A stretch of DNA of 63,616 bases, filler included. It is 6 parts of 6 records of this genome, joined end to end, with 100 filler letters (N's around TTAATTAATTAA, not from the genome) between each part and the next. Parts side by side here need not be neighbours in the genome. Positions count along the whole stretch, not along the records: positions 1 to 9,910 come from DRR723986_5058; positions 10,011 to 23,507 come from DRR723986_5059; 4 more parts are not named here. One strand, given 5' to 3'. This document shows positions 1-10,154 of this stretch, piece by piece. The notes under the pieces are model-generated. The model was not told the DNA's origin, searched no databases, and was given only the letters and a program-made list of their open reading frames with translations. Both the position numbers and the translations under genes were made by a program. Position 1 is the first letter of the stretch, and each line of letters starts with the position of its first letter.

Positions 1-36
1 GAAAACCTGGCGTCCTAACCGATAGACGAAGGGACC
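1..36 (-). tRNA. tRNA-Glu(TTC), 5' half; truncated by window start
   Basis: Reverse complement reads GGTCCCT-TC-GTCTATCGGTTAGGAC-G-CCAGG-TT-TTC: acceptor 5' strand, D-arm, anticodon stem and TTC anticodon. Confidence 0.85.
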
Positions 37-117
37 GCACCGGTTCGAAGAAGAGGCCGTATAGCGAGGGACGGCGGCTTGCGCAAGCCATGTTGGTGGC
101 GGTTGCTGCACATATTT

Positions 118-1914
118 TCAGGCATTGGCCGCATCCATCACGTCCAGCTGCACACGGCGCCGACCGTTCCACTCATCTGCCTTGAGACGCCCTGCAAGAT
201 GCACGCGGTTCCCGGGCATCAGCGCCTCGCCCAGCGGTGCCCCAACAGCGCGCCAGGCAATGCAATCGAGCCTGCCTGAGGCGTCCTCCGCAGTGAATTT
301 CCAATGATTGGCGCCGACCTGCCGGGCATAGGAAACCTGCACCGACTGGATGGCAAATACCGGCTCCGGCGCACCGGCACCGAAGGGTCCGATTTCCGCG
401 ACCCGGTCGACGAGTTCAGGCGATGCAGCTCCGGGCGCCAGGATGGCATCGATGGCCAGTTCCAATGCCGCGGCACGCTCTGCCGTGAACTGAGCCATGT
501 GGGCTACCATCCAGTCGTCGAAAGCGTCCAGTTGCTCCGGCTCCAGGCTCAGCCCGCCCGCCATGGCATGCCCGCCGCCTGAAAGGATCACGCCTTCGCG
601 GGCGGCGGCAGCAATTGCATCGCCGATGTTCACCCCGGTCACAGACCGGCCGGAGCCTTTTGCAACCGGTCCCAGGCCCCTGCCCCAGCCGATCACAATG
701 CTGGGGAGGTGAAACCGGTCTTTCAACCGGCCGGCAACAATTCCGATCACGCCTGGGTGCCAGCCTTCGCCGGCCGCGATCAGAACACCGCGGTCCGGAT
801 TCTTTTCGAGCGCCTTCTCGGCCTGAAGAATCGCCTGATCGAGGATGGCTGCCTCAACAGCCTTGCGCTCCTCATTGAGGGCGTGGAGTTGTTCTGCCAG
901 TGCAATTGCCTCTGCCCGGTCGTCCGTTGCCAGCAGCTTCGCCGCGATCCACGGATCCCCAACGCGTCCGCCGGCGTTCAGCCGCGGACCCAGCATGAAT
1001 GTGGCATGGTAGACCGTCTCGATCTTCTGGATGCCCGAGACCTCGGCCAGAGCGCGCAGCCCCTCATTCTGCCCCCGAGAGAGAATATTGAGCCCCTGAC
1101 GCACGAAGGCACGGTTTACGCCGTGCAGTGGAGCCATGTCGCACAGGGTGCCGAGCGCGGCGAGATCAAGATGCGCCATGATGTCTGGTAGGCCGTCCGG
1201 CGGCGCGATGCCCCGCTCTCGCGCCAGACGGTTCAGGGCAGCGACGAAAACGAAGACGACCCCCGCTGCAGCCAGGTGCCCCTGTCCGGAAGCGTCGTCC
1301 GGACGATTCGGGTTCACCAACGCCAGAGCGGGTGGATTGTGCCCGGACATCAGGTGATGATCGATCACAACGACTTGAAGGCCGATCCGTTGCGCCTCCT
1401 CCAGAGCACTGACTGCGGCAGCGCCGCAATCGACCGTGATGACAATATCAGACCCGGTCTGTTTCAGGTGCCGGAAAGCCTCTGGCGACGGACCGTAGCC
1501 TTCTTCCAGACGGTCCGGCACGTAAAGGCCAAGCTCCTGTCCCCAGGCCCGGAAATAACGCGCCAGGATCGCAGAGCTTGTTCCGCCATCGACATCATAG
1601 TCTGCGAAGACCGTAACGCGCTTTTTCTCGAGAATGGCGTCCAGCACGATCTCGGCCGCCTTGTCCATGTCGGCAAAGCTGGATGGGTTCGGGAAAGTCT
1701 CTCGCAATGTCGGAGCAAGATAGGCGCCAGCCTCTTCCGGATCGACGCCGCGCTCAGCGAGAAGACGCGCCAGCAGGTCCGAGCCGCCAACGGCAGGCGC
1801 GAGCCGGCGGACCAGAGCCTCATCGGCATCGGCCAACGTCCAGAACCGGCCCGTCGCGGAGCGGTCCACCGCGAACAAGCGATTATTGTCGGGTTTTCTG
1901 GCGGCTGCTGTCAT
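118..1914 (-). CDS. recJ: single-stranded DNA exonuclease RecJ
   Basis: DHH-family motifs DYDVDG, TVDCG, IDHH, PRLNAGGR, GGHAMAGG; 598 aa. Confidence 0.97.
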   Translation of the reverse strand: MTAAARKPDNNRLFAVDRSATGRFWTLADADEALVRRLAPAVGGSDLLARLLAERGVDPEEAGAYLAPTLRETFPNPSSFADMDKAAEIVLDAILEKKRVTVFADYDVDGGTSSAILARYFRAWGQELGLYVPDRLEEGYGPSPEAFRHLKQTGSDIVITVDCGAAAVSALEEAQRIGLQVVVIDHHLMSGHNPPALALVNPNRPDDASGQGHLAAAGVVFVFVAALNRLARERGIAPPDGLPDIMAHLDLAALGTLCDMAPLHGVNRAFVRQGLNILSRGQNEGLRALAEVSGIQKIETVYHATFMLGPRLNAGGRVGDPWIAAKLLATDDRAEAIALAEQLHALNEERKAVEAAILDQAILQAEKALEKNPDRGVLIAAGEGWHPGVIGIVAGRLKDRFHLPSIVIGWGRGLGPVAKGSGRSVTGVNIGDAIAAAAREGVILSGGGHAMAGGLSLEPEQLDAFDDWMVAHMAQFTAERAAALELAIDAILAPGAASPELVDRVAEIGPFGAGAPEPVFAIQSVQVSYARQVGANHWKFTAEDASGRLDCIAWRAVGAPLGEALMPGNRVHLAGRLKADEWNGRRRVQLDVMDAANA

Positions 1915-1977
1915 GAGGCTTCCGGGAATCAGGATTTCCGGAAGCCTATCACAGGGTTGGAGCGAATGCCCCCGGGC

Positions 1978-2931
1978 TTATGCCTTCCGGTTCGACCGGA
2001 TGTAGCGGACCATGCCGTCGGTCGACGTCATAACCAGAGTGTGGGTGTGTACGCTGCCGTCGCGGTGCTGCACGCCGCTGAGCATGGAGCCCTGCGTCAC
2101 ACCCGTGGCGCAGAAGACCGTGTCGGATGAGGCGAGTTCGTTCAGGGCGTATGTGCGGCCGAGATCTGTGATACCAACGCGTGCAGCGCGTTTCTTCTCG
2201 TCATCATTGCGGAAAACGAGACGGCCGAACATCTGGCCGCCGACGCATTTCAGGGCTGCAGCAGCAAGAACGCCTTCCGGTGCACCGCCGGAGCCCATGT
2301 AGAGGTCAATGCCGGTGTGAGGATTGGTCGTGGCGATCACGCCGGCGACGTCGCCATCGGTGATCAGGGCGACGCGGGCGCCGACAGAGCGCAGGCTTTC
2401 GATGATGTCTTCGTGGCGCGGACGATCCAGAACGCAGGCCGTCATGTCTGTGACGTCAACGCCCTTGTGCTTGGCGAGCGCGGTGATGTTCTCCGCCGGG
2501 CTGGCGTCGAGGCTGATGATCCCTTCCGGATAGCCTGGGCCAATAGCGATCTTGTCCATATAAGTGTCCGGCGCGTACAGCAGGCCACCCTTCGGAGCGA
2601 TAGCCAGCACAGCGAGGGCATTCGCCATGGCTTTCGCGGTCAGCGTCGTGCCTTCCAGCGGATCCAGCGCGATGTCGATCTCAGGGCCATTTCCGGTACC
2701 GACTTCCTCGCCGATATAGAGCATCGGGGCTTCATCGCGCTCACCTTCGCCAATGACGACGCGGCCTTTGAAATCAACGCGGTTAAACGCGGTGCGCATG
2801 GCATCGACGGCGGCCGCATCGGCCTTTTTCTCATCGCCACGACCGACCAGTTTTGACGCAGCGATGGCTGCTTCTTCGGTCACGCGCACCATGGCATCCG
2901 CCAGGCTGGGCGTCAGAACGCTGTTTTCCAT
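1978..2931 (-). CDS. glpX: class II fructose-1,6-bisphosphatase
   Basis: VVIGEGERDEAPMLYIGE, DPLEGT, GGAPEGVLAAAA motifs. Confidence 0.97.
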   Translation of the reverse strand: MENSVLTPSLADAMVRVTEEAAIAASKLVGRGDEKKADAAAVDAMRTAFNRVDFKGRVVIGEGERDEAPMLYIGEEVGTGNGPEIDIALDPLEGTTLTAKAMANALAVLAIAPKGGLLYAPDTYMDKIAIGPGYPEGIISLDASPAENITALAKHKGVDVTDMTACVLDRPRHEDIIESLRSVGARVALITDGDVAGVIATTNPHTGIDLYMGSGGAPEGVLAAAALKCVGGQMFGRLVFRNDDEKKRAARVGITDLGRTYALNELASSDTVFCATGVTQGSMLSGVQHRDGSVHTHTLVMTSTDGMVRYIRSNRKA

Positions 2932-2987
2932 AATTTTTTTATCTCCGAACGCGGGATTCTTGTCTCTTACGCCTAGACGGTAAGCAA

Positions 2988-4271
2988 TTAGCTTGCCGCC
3001 TCGATACGAATTAGCCGTGGCGCGTCAATCGGCTTTGCAATTTTTTCCAATCGCTCCAGCGCAGCCTGCATATTTGAACGCGGGCAGCGATGGGTCACGA
3101 TAACCACCGGTGCGGCACCGGATTCCTCACCCGATTCCTGCAACAGCTTGTCTACTGAAACGCCCTCTTTGGCGAGCGCCTCTGTGAGAGCCGCAAGGGC
3201 ACCGGGCTGGTCTGGCAGGTAAACACGCAGGAAGAATGGCGCGACTTCCGTCGGTGCGCCCTGAACGAAAGGCCGGCCAGTATGGTGCGCGGCGCGGCCA
3301 AAGGCTGGCCGAATAGCTGGGCGGAACATCTTCGCGACATCGCCCATCACGGCGCTCGCGGTCGGTCCGGCCCCGGCGCCGGGGCCCGTCAACGTGATCG
3401 CCCCGACCGGGTCACCCTCGATCCGGACGGTGTTCAGGCTGCCATTGACGCGCGCCAGGGGATGCGTGGCCGGAAGGACCAGCGGCTCAACCCGGCACAC
3501 AACACCTTCATCGGTCAGGAGACCTTCAGCGATCAGCTTGATGCGGTAGCCAAGGCGGTCCGCCAGACGCAGGTCCAGCAGGCTGACCTTGTCGATGCCT
3601 GAAACGCTGACCTTTGAGAAATCAAGGTCTGCCGAGAAAGCGATGGCGGACAGGATTGCCGCCTTGTGCGCGGCGTCCATGCCCGACACGTCCAGCGTCG
3701 GATCGGCCTCCGCATACCCAAGACGCTGCGCTTCTGCGAGCACGTCATCATACTCGCGGCCTTGCTCGAGCATCACCGTGGTGAGGTAGTTGCAGGTGCC
3801 GTTCAGGATACCTGTGATGCGTTTGACTTCAGTGCCGGCGAGGCTGTCTCGCAGCACACGCACGACTGGAATACCGCCAGCGACGGCGGCTTCGAACAAC
3901 AGATCGACCTGTTTTTCTTCCGCCAGACGGGCCAGCGCCATGCCGTGCTTGGCAATCAGCGCCTTGTTGGCAGTGACAACGTGTTTTCCAGCCTTCAGTG
4001 CCGTTTCCACGGCGAACTTGGCCGGGCCATCGGATCCGCCCATCAGTTCCACAAAGACGTCCACGTCCGGGTCTTCTGCCAGTGTCGCAGCATCGTCGAA
4101 CCAACGATACGGGCTGATATCGACCGGACGGTTGCGCGACTGGCTACGAGCGCTGACGCCAGTGATCTGCACTTCGCCTGGCAGGCGAAGGTTATGCTGG
4201 CGCTCGACCAGTTCAATCAGGCCGCAGCCGACATGGCCAAGCCCGGCGATCCCTATCTTCAAAGGTGCCAA
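2988..4271 (-). CDS. hom: homoserine dehydrogenase with C-terminal ACT domain
   Basis: GLGHVG Rossmann motif, VVTANKA, FEAAVAGGIP, LNGTCNY, GYAEADPTLDV, GPGAG. Confidence 0.97.
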   Translation of the reverse strand: MAPLKIGIAGLGHVGCGLIELVERQHNLRLPGEVQITGVSARSQSRNRPVDISPYRWFDDAATLAEDPDVDVFVELMGGSDGPAKFAVETALKAGKHVVTANKALIAKHGMALARLAEEKQVDLLFEAAVAGGIPVVRVLRDSLAGTEVKRITGILNGTCNYLTTVMLEQGREYDDVLAEAQRLGYAEADPTLDVSGMDAAHKAAILSAIAFSADLDFSKVSVSGIDKVSLLDLRLADRLGYRIKLIAEGLLTDEGVVCRVEPLVLPATHPLARVNGSLNTVRIEGDPVGAITLTGPGAGAGPTASAVMGDVAKMFRPAIRPAFGRAAHHTGRPFVQGAPTEVAPFFLRVYLPDQPGALAALTEALAKEGVSVDKLLQESGEESGAAPVVIVTHRCPRSNMQAALERLEKIAKPIDAPRLIRIEAAS

Positions 4272-4425
4272 AAGGGCCCCCTGTTGTTGCTGAATATCCC
4301 GGCAGGTGCCTAGCTGGTTTGGCGCGCCGGGGAAAGGGGGCGACCGCCCAAACCAGTGGCATTGCAGCGGATTGAAACCCGGTGCTTAATGCGCGGACAA
4401 AGAAACGAAGCGGGAGGGCCATACT

Positions 4426-5301
4426 ATGCCAATCAATCAGGATGCCGTTGGATCGAAAGGAACGCCGCGAACATGGGCGTGGGATTCTCGAGATGCCTTG
4501 CTCTATGCACTGGGTGTCGGCGCCGGGGTGGCAGACCCTGTTGGGGCTGAGCTGGAATTCACCACCGAGAACACGATGGGCGTGGACCAGAAAGTGCTCC
4601 CCACTTTCGGCGTGCTTGCAGGTTTCAATGCCAGAGGCGGGAAAAGCGCCATGGCAGATGCCGGAACCTACGATCCCCGCATGCTGGTTCACGGAGAACA
4701 GGGCATCCGCCTGCACCGCCCCATTCCGGTCGAAGGTGAAATCACGCTCGTCGATGAAATCACCGGCATTTACGACAAAGGCAAGGGCGCCGTCGTCGCG
4801 ACGAAAGCCGAGGCGACGCTGACAGCCGATGGCAAGCCGCTCTTCGAACTGACCTCATCCGTCTTCATTGTAGGTGAAGGTGGTTTCGGCGGCGAAAAGG
4901 GCCCATCCGGCCAGATGAACGTTGCGCCAGAGCGTGCCCCGGATCACGAAGTGACCTACCAGACCCGTCCGGACCAGGCTCTGCTCTACCGCCTCAGCGG
5001 CGACCGCAATCCCTTGCATTCAGACAAGAAATTCTCTGACGTCGGCGGCTTCCCGAAGCCGATCCTGCATGGCCTCTGCACCTATGGTTTCACCGGCCGG
5101 GCCTTGCTGGCCTCGCTGTGCGGGAATGAACCGGGCAGGTTCAAGGCCATGGATGGGCGCTTCTCTTCGCCCGTGCTGCCTGGCGAGACACTGACCATTA
5201 AAATCTGGACTGGCGAAGGCGATAACGGCACGGCCATCTTCCAGACCGTCGGTGGAGACGGCCGTGTCGTCATCAACAATGGAGGCTTTACCTACGCCTG
5301 A
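4426..5301 (+). CDS. double hot-dog MaoC-family (R)-specific enoyl-CoA hydratase/dehydratase
   Basis: LYALGVG, LVHGEQ and hydratase-2 motif YRLSGDRNPLH...PILHGLCTYG. Confidence 0.88.
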   Translation: MPINQDAVGSKGTPRTWAWDSRDALLYALGVGAGVADPVGAELEFTTENTMGVDQKVLPTFGVLAGFNARGGKSAMADAGTYDPRMLVHGEQGIRLHRPIPVEGEITLVDEITGIYDKGKGAVVATKAEATLTADGKPLFELTSSVFIVGEGGFGGEKGPSGQMNVAPERAPDHEVTYQTRPDQALLYRLSGDRNPLHSDKKFSDVGGFPKPILHGLCTYGFTGRALLASLCGNEPGRFKAMDGRFSSPVLPGETLTIKIWTGEGDNGTAIFQTVGGDGRVVINNGGFTYA

Positions 5302-5310
5302 TGGCGACGG

Positions 5311-6525
5311 CTATTCCGCCGCCGCAGCCGCAGGCTTGATCTCTTTTACGCCGCGTTTCTCCAGGAATTTCCGGATGTTGCGGGCGGCTTGGCGGATGCG
5401 CTGTTCGTTCTCGACGAGAGCGATGCGGACATGGCCGTCGCCATGCTCGCCGAAACCGGCACCGGGCGCGACAGCGACATGGGCCTCATTGATCAGCTGC
5501 AAGGCAAACTCAAGACTGCCAAGGTGCTTCAGCTGCTCCGGAATCGGCGCCCAAGCGAACATGGAGGCGGTCGGGCTCGGAACCGGCCAACCGGCGCGGG
5601 TGAAGCTTTCCACCAGCACATCGCGGCGTGATTTGTAGATGGCGCGCGTCTCGTCGACGCAGTCCTGCGGGCCGTCGAGCGCGGCCACAGCGGCCACCTG
5701 GATCGGCGTGTAGGCGCCGTAATCGAGATAAGATTTCACGCGGGCCAGCGCAGAAATCAGCGCCTCGTTCCCGGCGACGAAGCCCATGCGCCAGCCGGCC
5801 ATGGAATAGGTCTTCGACATGGTCGTGAATTCGACCGCAATATCCTTTGCGCCATCGACCTGGAGGATCGAGGGTGTCGGTTCGTCAAAATAAATTTCAT
5901 TGTAAGCCAGGTCCGACAGGACCCACAGCTCGTGCTTCTTCGCGAACTTGATGGCGTCCTTATAGAAATCGAGATCGCACACAGCGGCCGTCGGGTTGGA
6001 CGGATAGCAAAGAACCATGGCTGTCGGCGGCGGCACGGAATAGTGCACAGCTTTACCAAGGTTCGACAGGTACTGCTCCGGCGTCTGGGCGGGCACACCG
6101 CGGATCGACGCGCCGGCAATGATGAAGCCGAAATGGTGCAGCGGGTAAGACGGATCCGGTGCAAGGATCACATCGCCCGGCGCCGAAATGGCCTGTGCGA
6201 GGTTCGCAAAGCCTTCCTTGGAGCCGAGAGTGACGATCACTTCCCGGTCTTTGTCCAGTTTTACGTCGAAGCGGCGCTTGTAATAGTCCGTCAGCGCGCG
6301 TCGCAGGCCCGGAATGCCGCGCGACGCGGAATAGCCGTTAACGTCCGGCCGGCGCGCCGTTTCGCACAGCTTGTCAACGATGTGTTTCGGGGTCGGCAGG
6401 TCCGGGTTGCCCATACCGAGGTCAATGATATCCGCGCCGTCCGCACGCAGGGCCGCCTTGGTGCGGTTCACCTGTTCGAAAACGTAAGGGGGAAGTCGGC
6501 GGATTTTGTGAAAATCGGTATTCAT
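5311..6525 (-). CDS. PLP-dependent class I aminotransferase (AlaC/AatC-like; often annotated LL-diaminopimelate aminotransferase)
   Basis: RLPPYVF, DLGMGNPD, GSKEG, YPSNPT, SKTYSMAGWRMG (PLP lysine). Confidence 0.9.
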   Translation of the reverse strand: MNTDFHKIRRLPPYVFEQVNRTKAALRADGADIIDLGMGNPDLPTPKHIVDKLCETARRPDVNGYSASRGIPGLRRALTDYYKRRFDVKLDKDREVIVTLGSKEGFANLAQAISAPGDVILAPDPSYPLHHFGFIIAGASIRGVPAQTPEQYLSNLGKAVHYSVPPPTAMVLCYPSNPTAAVCDLDFYKDAIKFAKKHELWVLSDLAYNEIYFDEPTPSILQVDGAKDIAVEFTTMSKTYSMAGWRMGFVAGNEALISALARVKSYLDYGAYTPIQVAAVAALDGPQDCVDETRAIYKSRRDVLVESFTRAGWPVPSPTASMFAWAPIPEQLKHLGSLEFALQLINEAHVAVAPGAGFGEHGDGHVRIALVENEQRIRQAARNIRKFLEKRGVKEIKPAAAAAE

Positions 6526-6959
6526 TTGCGTCTGACCTTGAGGCCTTCAGTAACTCTTGGAACGTTGAACGCAGCCTGAATCTGAGCGATGTCATCCTGC
6601 GTCAGGAAATCGGGATTAGCGGGCAGACCCGCAAATTCCGCTTCGACCCGCTTCAGCAGCACGGCCATCTGGCCTGCTACATCCACGGGTGGCTCCGCTC
6701 GTTCATTAGAGTCAAAATAGGCCTGCAATATGTCCACGCGGACAGCTGCGTCAGGCAAAGTCTTTCCGGGAAGCTGGTCCGCCGGGATTTCCTGCACTTC
6801 GGCCAGCTTCGGATATCCCTCCCCCCGGATTTCCTGACGGCGGGCATCATACCAGTCTGGCGCCTGATTAATTGCCTCGCGAACACGGCCGAAAGAGTTC
6901 GAACAGCCCGCAATGAGCAGAATCGATACGCTTAAAAGGGGAATCGCCGTGTTTTTCAT
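6522..6959 (-). CDS. hypothetical lipoprotein
   Basis: MKNTAIPLLSVSILLIAGC lipobox; stop overlaps aminotransferase start (ATGA). Confidence 0.75.
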   Translation of the reverse strand: MKNTAIPLLSVSILLIAGCSNSFGRVREAINQAPDWYDARRQEIRGEGYPKLAEVQEIPADQLPGKTLPDAAVRVDILQAYFDSNERAEPPVDVAGQMAVLLKRVEAEFAGLPANPDFLTQDDIAQIQAAFNVPRVTEGLKVRRK

Positions 6960-7031
6960 GATCGCACTCACTAAATCACAAATATTCAGGCGCATAGTAA
7001 AGGACAGCTAAAACAGGCATAATTTGTACGA

Positions 7032-8858
7032 ATGAGTGGTAGCGAGCGAATCAAAGACACCCCAACGCCCCTGACTGAGCTCATGATGAGCCAGGATCCG
7101 GCGCGTATGCAGGTTCTGATGACGACGCTTGCGCTGGCCAACGTAGAGTCCCAAGGCCTGTTGGCGGATGTCATGATGGGCTCCGGCCCTCTGGGGACAG
7201 TATCTCAAGGCGATCCAATGCGCGTTGGCGAGGCGTTCCGTGCCCTCGGCTGGAGTTTCGCCTCCAATCCTGCCGCCATGTTCAACGCGAACTTGGAACT
7301 GATGACCGGCTGGATGAAGCTGTGGCAGGAATTGTCCCTGGAAGCGATTTCAGGCAAACCGGAGAAAGACAAGGACAAGCGCTTCTCCGATCCTGAATGG
7401 GCCAGCAATCCTGGCTTCCGCTTCATCCGCAAAGCCTATGAAGTGAATGCCAACTGGATGAACAGCCTGGCAGACCAGGCGCCGGGCCTGCCGGAAAATC
7501 TGCAGCTGCGCGCCAAGTTCTTCACGCAGCTCCTCACCGACACCCTGTCACCAACCAACTATCTCGGCTCCAACCCGACGGCCCTGCGTGCCTTCTTCGA
7601 AACTGGAGGCCAGAGCGTTCTGGAGGGGCTCCGTCTTGCCCGAGCTGACGTAAAGAAGGGCGGAGGCAAGCTTTACATCAGCCAGACAGACGAGACTCCA
7701 TTCAAGCTGGGCGAGAACATCGCCACCGCGCCCGGCGAGGTCGTCTTCCGGAATGACCTGATTGAGCTGATCCATTACGCACCGACGCAGGAAAAGACCT
7801 ATTCCCGTCCGCTCCTGATCTTCCCGCCCTGGATCAACAAGTTCTACATCCTGGACCTGCAGGAAAAGAATTCAATGATCCGCTGGCTCGTCGACAAGGG
7901 CGTACCGGTCTTCGTGGTCTCCTGGCGCTCGGCTGACGAGGTCACGCAGGACTATGAGTGGGACGATTATGTCCAGAAGGGCGCTTATGCCGCCGTCGAG
8001 GCCACGATGCAGGCCTCTGGGGCAACCGGCGTCAACACAGTCGGCTACTGTATCGGCGGAACGATGCTGTCCTCCGCCCTCGGCCACATGGCGAAGACCG
8101 GATATGACAAGATCAAGTCGGCAACCTTCTTCGCCTCGCAGTCAGATTTCGAACTCGCCGGCGACCTGAAAGTTTTCACTGACGGGCCGGGACGCGGCTA
8201 CATCAATGGCATCATCGAAGAAAATGGCGGCGTGATGCCAGGCTCAATGATGTACGAGACCTTCAACTGGCTGCGCCCGATCGACCTCGTCTGGCGCTAT
8301 GTCATCGATGAATACATGCTGGGCAAGGCGCCTCGTCCGTTCGACCTGCTCTACTGGAATGCTGACCAGACAAACATTCCGGGCAAGGTTCACCAGCGCT
8401 ACCTCAAGGATTGCTACGCCGAGAACCGCCTGTCGACCGGCAGCTTCGAAGTGCTGGGCGAGACTGTGAATCTGAAAGACGTGAAGATCCCTGTCATGGT
8501 GCAGGCCAGCAAGGACGATCATATCTGCCCGTTCGAAAGCGTGTACCGCACGGCGCTCGTCTTCGGCGGCGATACGCAGTTCGTTCTGTCCGGGTCCGGA
8601 CATATCGCTGGCGTGGTGAACCACCCGGACGCAAAGAAATACCAGCACTGGCTGAACCCGGACCTGACCGCAACGGGCGGCGAGTGGCTTGAAAACGCCG
8701 AGGAAATCCCCGGTTCCTGGTGGCCGACCTGGTGGGACTGGCTGCGCCCGAAATCCGGCCGCAAGGTCGAGGCGAAACAGCCGAAGGACATGGGTCTTGG
8801 CGCTGCGCCGGGCAACTATGCCAAGGTACGCCTCGCGGACATCAAGCTGCCGGTCTAG
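7032..8858 (+). CDS. phaC: class I poly(R)-hydroxyalkanoate synthase
   Basis: DKRFSDPEW, PPWINKFYILDL, lipase box GYCIGG, DHI, SGHIAG, GSWWPTW. Confidence 0.95.
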   Translation: MSGSERIKDTPTPLTELMMSQDPARMQVLMTTLALANVESQGLLADVMMGSGPLGTVSQGDPMRVGEAFRALGWSFASNPAAMFNANLELMTGWMKLWQELSLEAISGKPEKDKDKRFSDPEWASNPGFRFIRKAYEVNANWMNSLADQAPGLPENLQLRAKFFTQLLTDTLSPTNYLGSNPTALRAFFETGGQSVLEGLRLARADVKKGGGKLYISQTDETPFKLGENIATAPGEVVFRNDLIELIHYAPTQEKTYSRPLLIFPPWINKFYILDLQEKNSMIRWLVDKGVPVFVVSWRSADEVTQDYEWDDYVQKGAYAAVEATMQASGATGVNTVGYCIGGTMLSSALGHMAKTGYDKIKSATFFASQSDFELAGDLKVFTDGPGRGYINGIIEENGGVMPGSMMYETFNWLRPIDLVWRYVIDEYMLGKAPRPFDLLYWNADQTNIPGKVHQRYLKDCYAENRLSTGSFEVLGETVNLKDVKIPVMVQASKDDHICPFESVYRTALVFGGDTQFVLSGSGHIAGVVNHPDAKKYQHWLNPDLTATGGEWLENAEEIPGSWWPTWWDWLRPKSGRKVEAKQPKDMGLGAAPGNYAKVRLADIKLPV

Positions 8859-9790
8859 GCTTCCAACCCTGCCTCTTCATCAAGCCCCAGCGCAATATTG
8901 AGGTTCTGCACGGCAGCACCCGACGCACCCTTGCCGAGATTGTCAAGGCGCGCGACGAGACGGGCTTCGTCGTCCGAACCGAACACGAACAGCTCCAGCC
9001 GGTTCGTGCCGTTGCAGGCCTCCGGTTCCAATCCAGCCAGCGCATCACATTCGGTCAGCGATGGCACTTTTACAAACGCCTCGCCCTCATAGGCCTTGAC
9101 CAGCGCGGCGTGCAGGTCAGCCCGCTTCGGTTTGCCCGGCAGCGCCCACAGCGGCAACGGGATCTGGGTCAGCATGCCCTGCGCAAACCGTCCGACAGAC
9201 GGCAGGAACATCGGCGCGTGGTCCAGCCGGGCGAACCGCTTCATCTCCGGCAGGTGCTTGTGCTTCTGAGTCAGCGCATAAATACGGTGATTATCCTCAG
9301 TACCGCCCTCTTCAAACTCAGCAATCATGGCCTTGCCGCCACCGGAATAACCGGACACGGCGCTGACCGTTACCGGCAGGGAGGCCGGCACGAAGCCTCC
9401 CCCCGTGAGCGGACGCATCAGGGCGATCATGCCGGTCGGGTAGCAGCCGGGATTGGCAATCCGCCGGGAAGCCCGGAGAGCTGAACGCTGGGCCTTGTCC
9501 ATTTCCGGAAAGCCGTATGTCCAGCCTGGCGCAGTCCGGTGGGCAGAAGACGCATCAATGATGACGGTGTTCTGGCTCGTCACGAGCGACACACCCAGAC
9601 GGGCAGCCTCATCCGGCAGGCACATGATCACGGCATCTGCCATGTTCATCAGACGCGCGCGTTCATCATGATCCTTGCGCTTGTCCGGATCAATCGAGAT
9701 CAGTTCAAGGTCCGTCCGGCTCCGCAGCCGATCCGCGATCTGAAGCCCGGTCGTGCCGGCTTCACCATCAATGAAAACTTTGGGCAGCAT
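8855..9790 (-). CDS. argC: N-acetyl-gamma-glutamyl-phosphate reductase (type 2)
   Basis: KVFIDGEAGTTG, IANPGCY, SGYSGGG, DNLGKGASGAAVQN. Confidence 0.96.
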   Translation of the reverse strand: MLPKVFIDGEAGTTGLQIADRLRSRTDLELISIDPDKRKDHDERARLMNMADAVIMCLPDEAARLGVSLVTSQNTVIIDASSAHRTAPGWTYGFPEMDKAQRSALRASRRIANPGCYPTGMIALMRPLTGGGFVPASLPVTVSAVSGYSGGGKAMIAEFEEGGTEDNHRIYALTQKHKHLPEMKRFARLDHAPMFLPSVGRFAQGMLTQIPLPLWALPGKPKRADLHAALVKAYEGEAFVKVPSLTECDALAGLEPEACNGTNRLELFVFGSDDEARLVARLDNLGKGASGAAVQNLNIALGLDEEAGLEA

Positions 9791-9820
9791 TGCGTTCCCA
9801 TCCCTTTGCAAACGCAAGAC

Positions 9821-9855
9821 AAAAGAAAAGAGGGCGCTCCGTCACCGAAGCGCCC
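9821..9855 (-). terminator. intrinsic terminator after rpsI
   Basis: Minus strand GGGCGCTTCG-GTGA-CGGAGCGCCC hairpin followed by TCTTTTCTTTT. Confidence 0.7.
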
Positions 9856-9882
9856 GCCCGAAAAGAATAAACCGGATGCGGC

Positions 9883-9910
9883 TTAGCGCTTCGAGAACTG
9901 GAAGCTGCGG
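9883..9910 (-). CDS. rpsI: 30S ribosomal protein S9, extreme C-terminus (contig edge)
   Basis: Translates RSFQFSKR*, the conserved S9 tail; rpsI-argC order is common in alphaproteobacteria. Confidence 0.85.
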
Positions 9911-10010
9911 NNNNNNNNNNNNNNNNNNNNNNNNNNNNNNNNNNNNNNNNNNNNTTAATTAATTAANNNNNNNNNNNNNNNNNNNNNNNNNNNNNNNNNN
10001 NNNNNNNNNN
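9911..10010. other. artificial contig spacer 1 (N-run with TTAATTAATTAA linker)
   Basis: 100 nt; linker at 9955-9966 gives stops in all six frames. Confidence 0.99.
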
Positions 10011-10154
10011 AAAGGGCCGTTAACCCTGGAGTTCCATGTACCTGCCGGCGACAGGAGCCGCGCCTCCCGACTGGAATGGCAGGTCAAGCGCTGGCCCAAG
10101 GTTCGAAAGGAAGCTTTGATCCGGGGTGTCGTCAGGCTTGAAGATGATGCCTGA
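10011..10154 (+). CDS. GIY-YIG nuclease family protein (UPF0213/YhbQ-like), 3' fragment
   Basis: Not in ORF track; reads KGPLTLEFHVPAGDRSRASRLEWQVKRWPKVRKEAL...*, resembling the YhbQ C-terminal half. Confidence 0.7.
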   Translation, partial: KGPLTLEFHVPAGDRSRASRLEWQVKRWPKVRKEALIRGVVRLEDDA

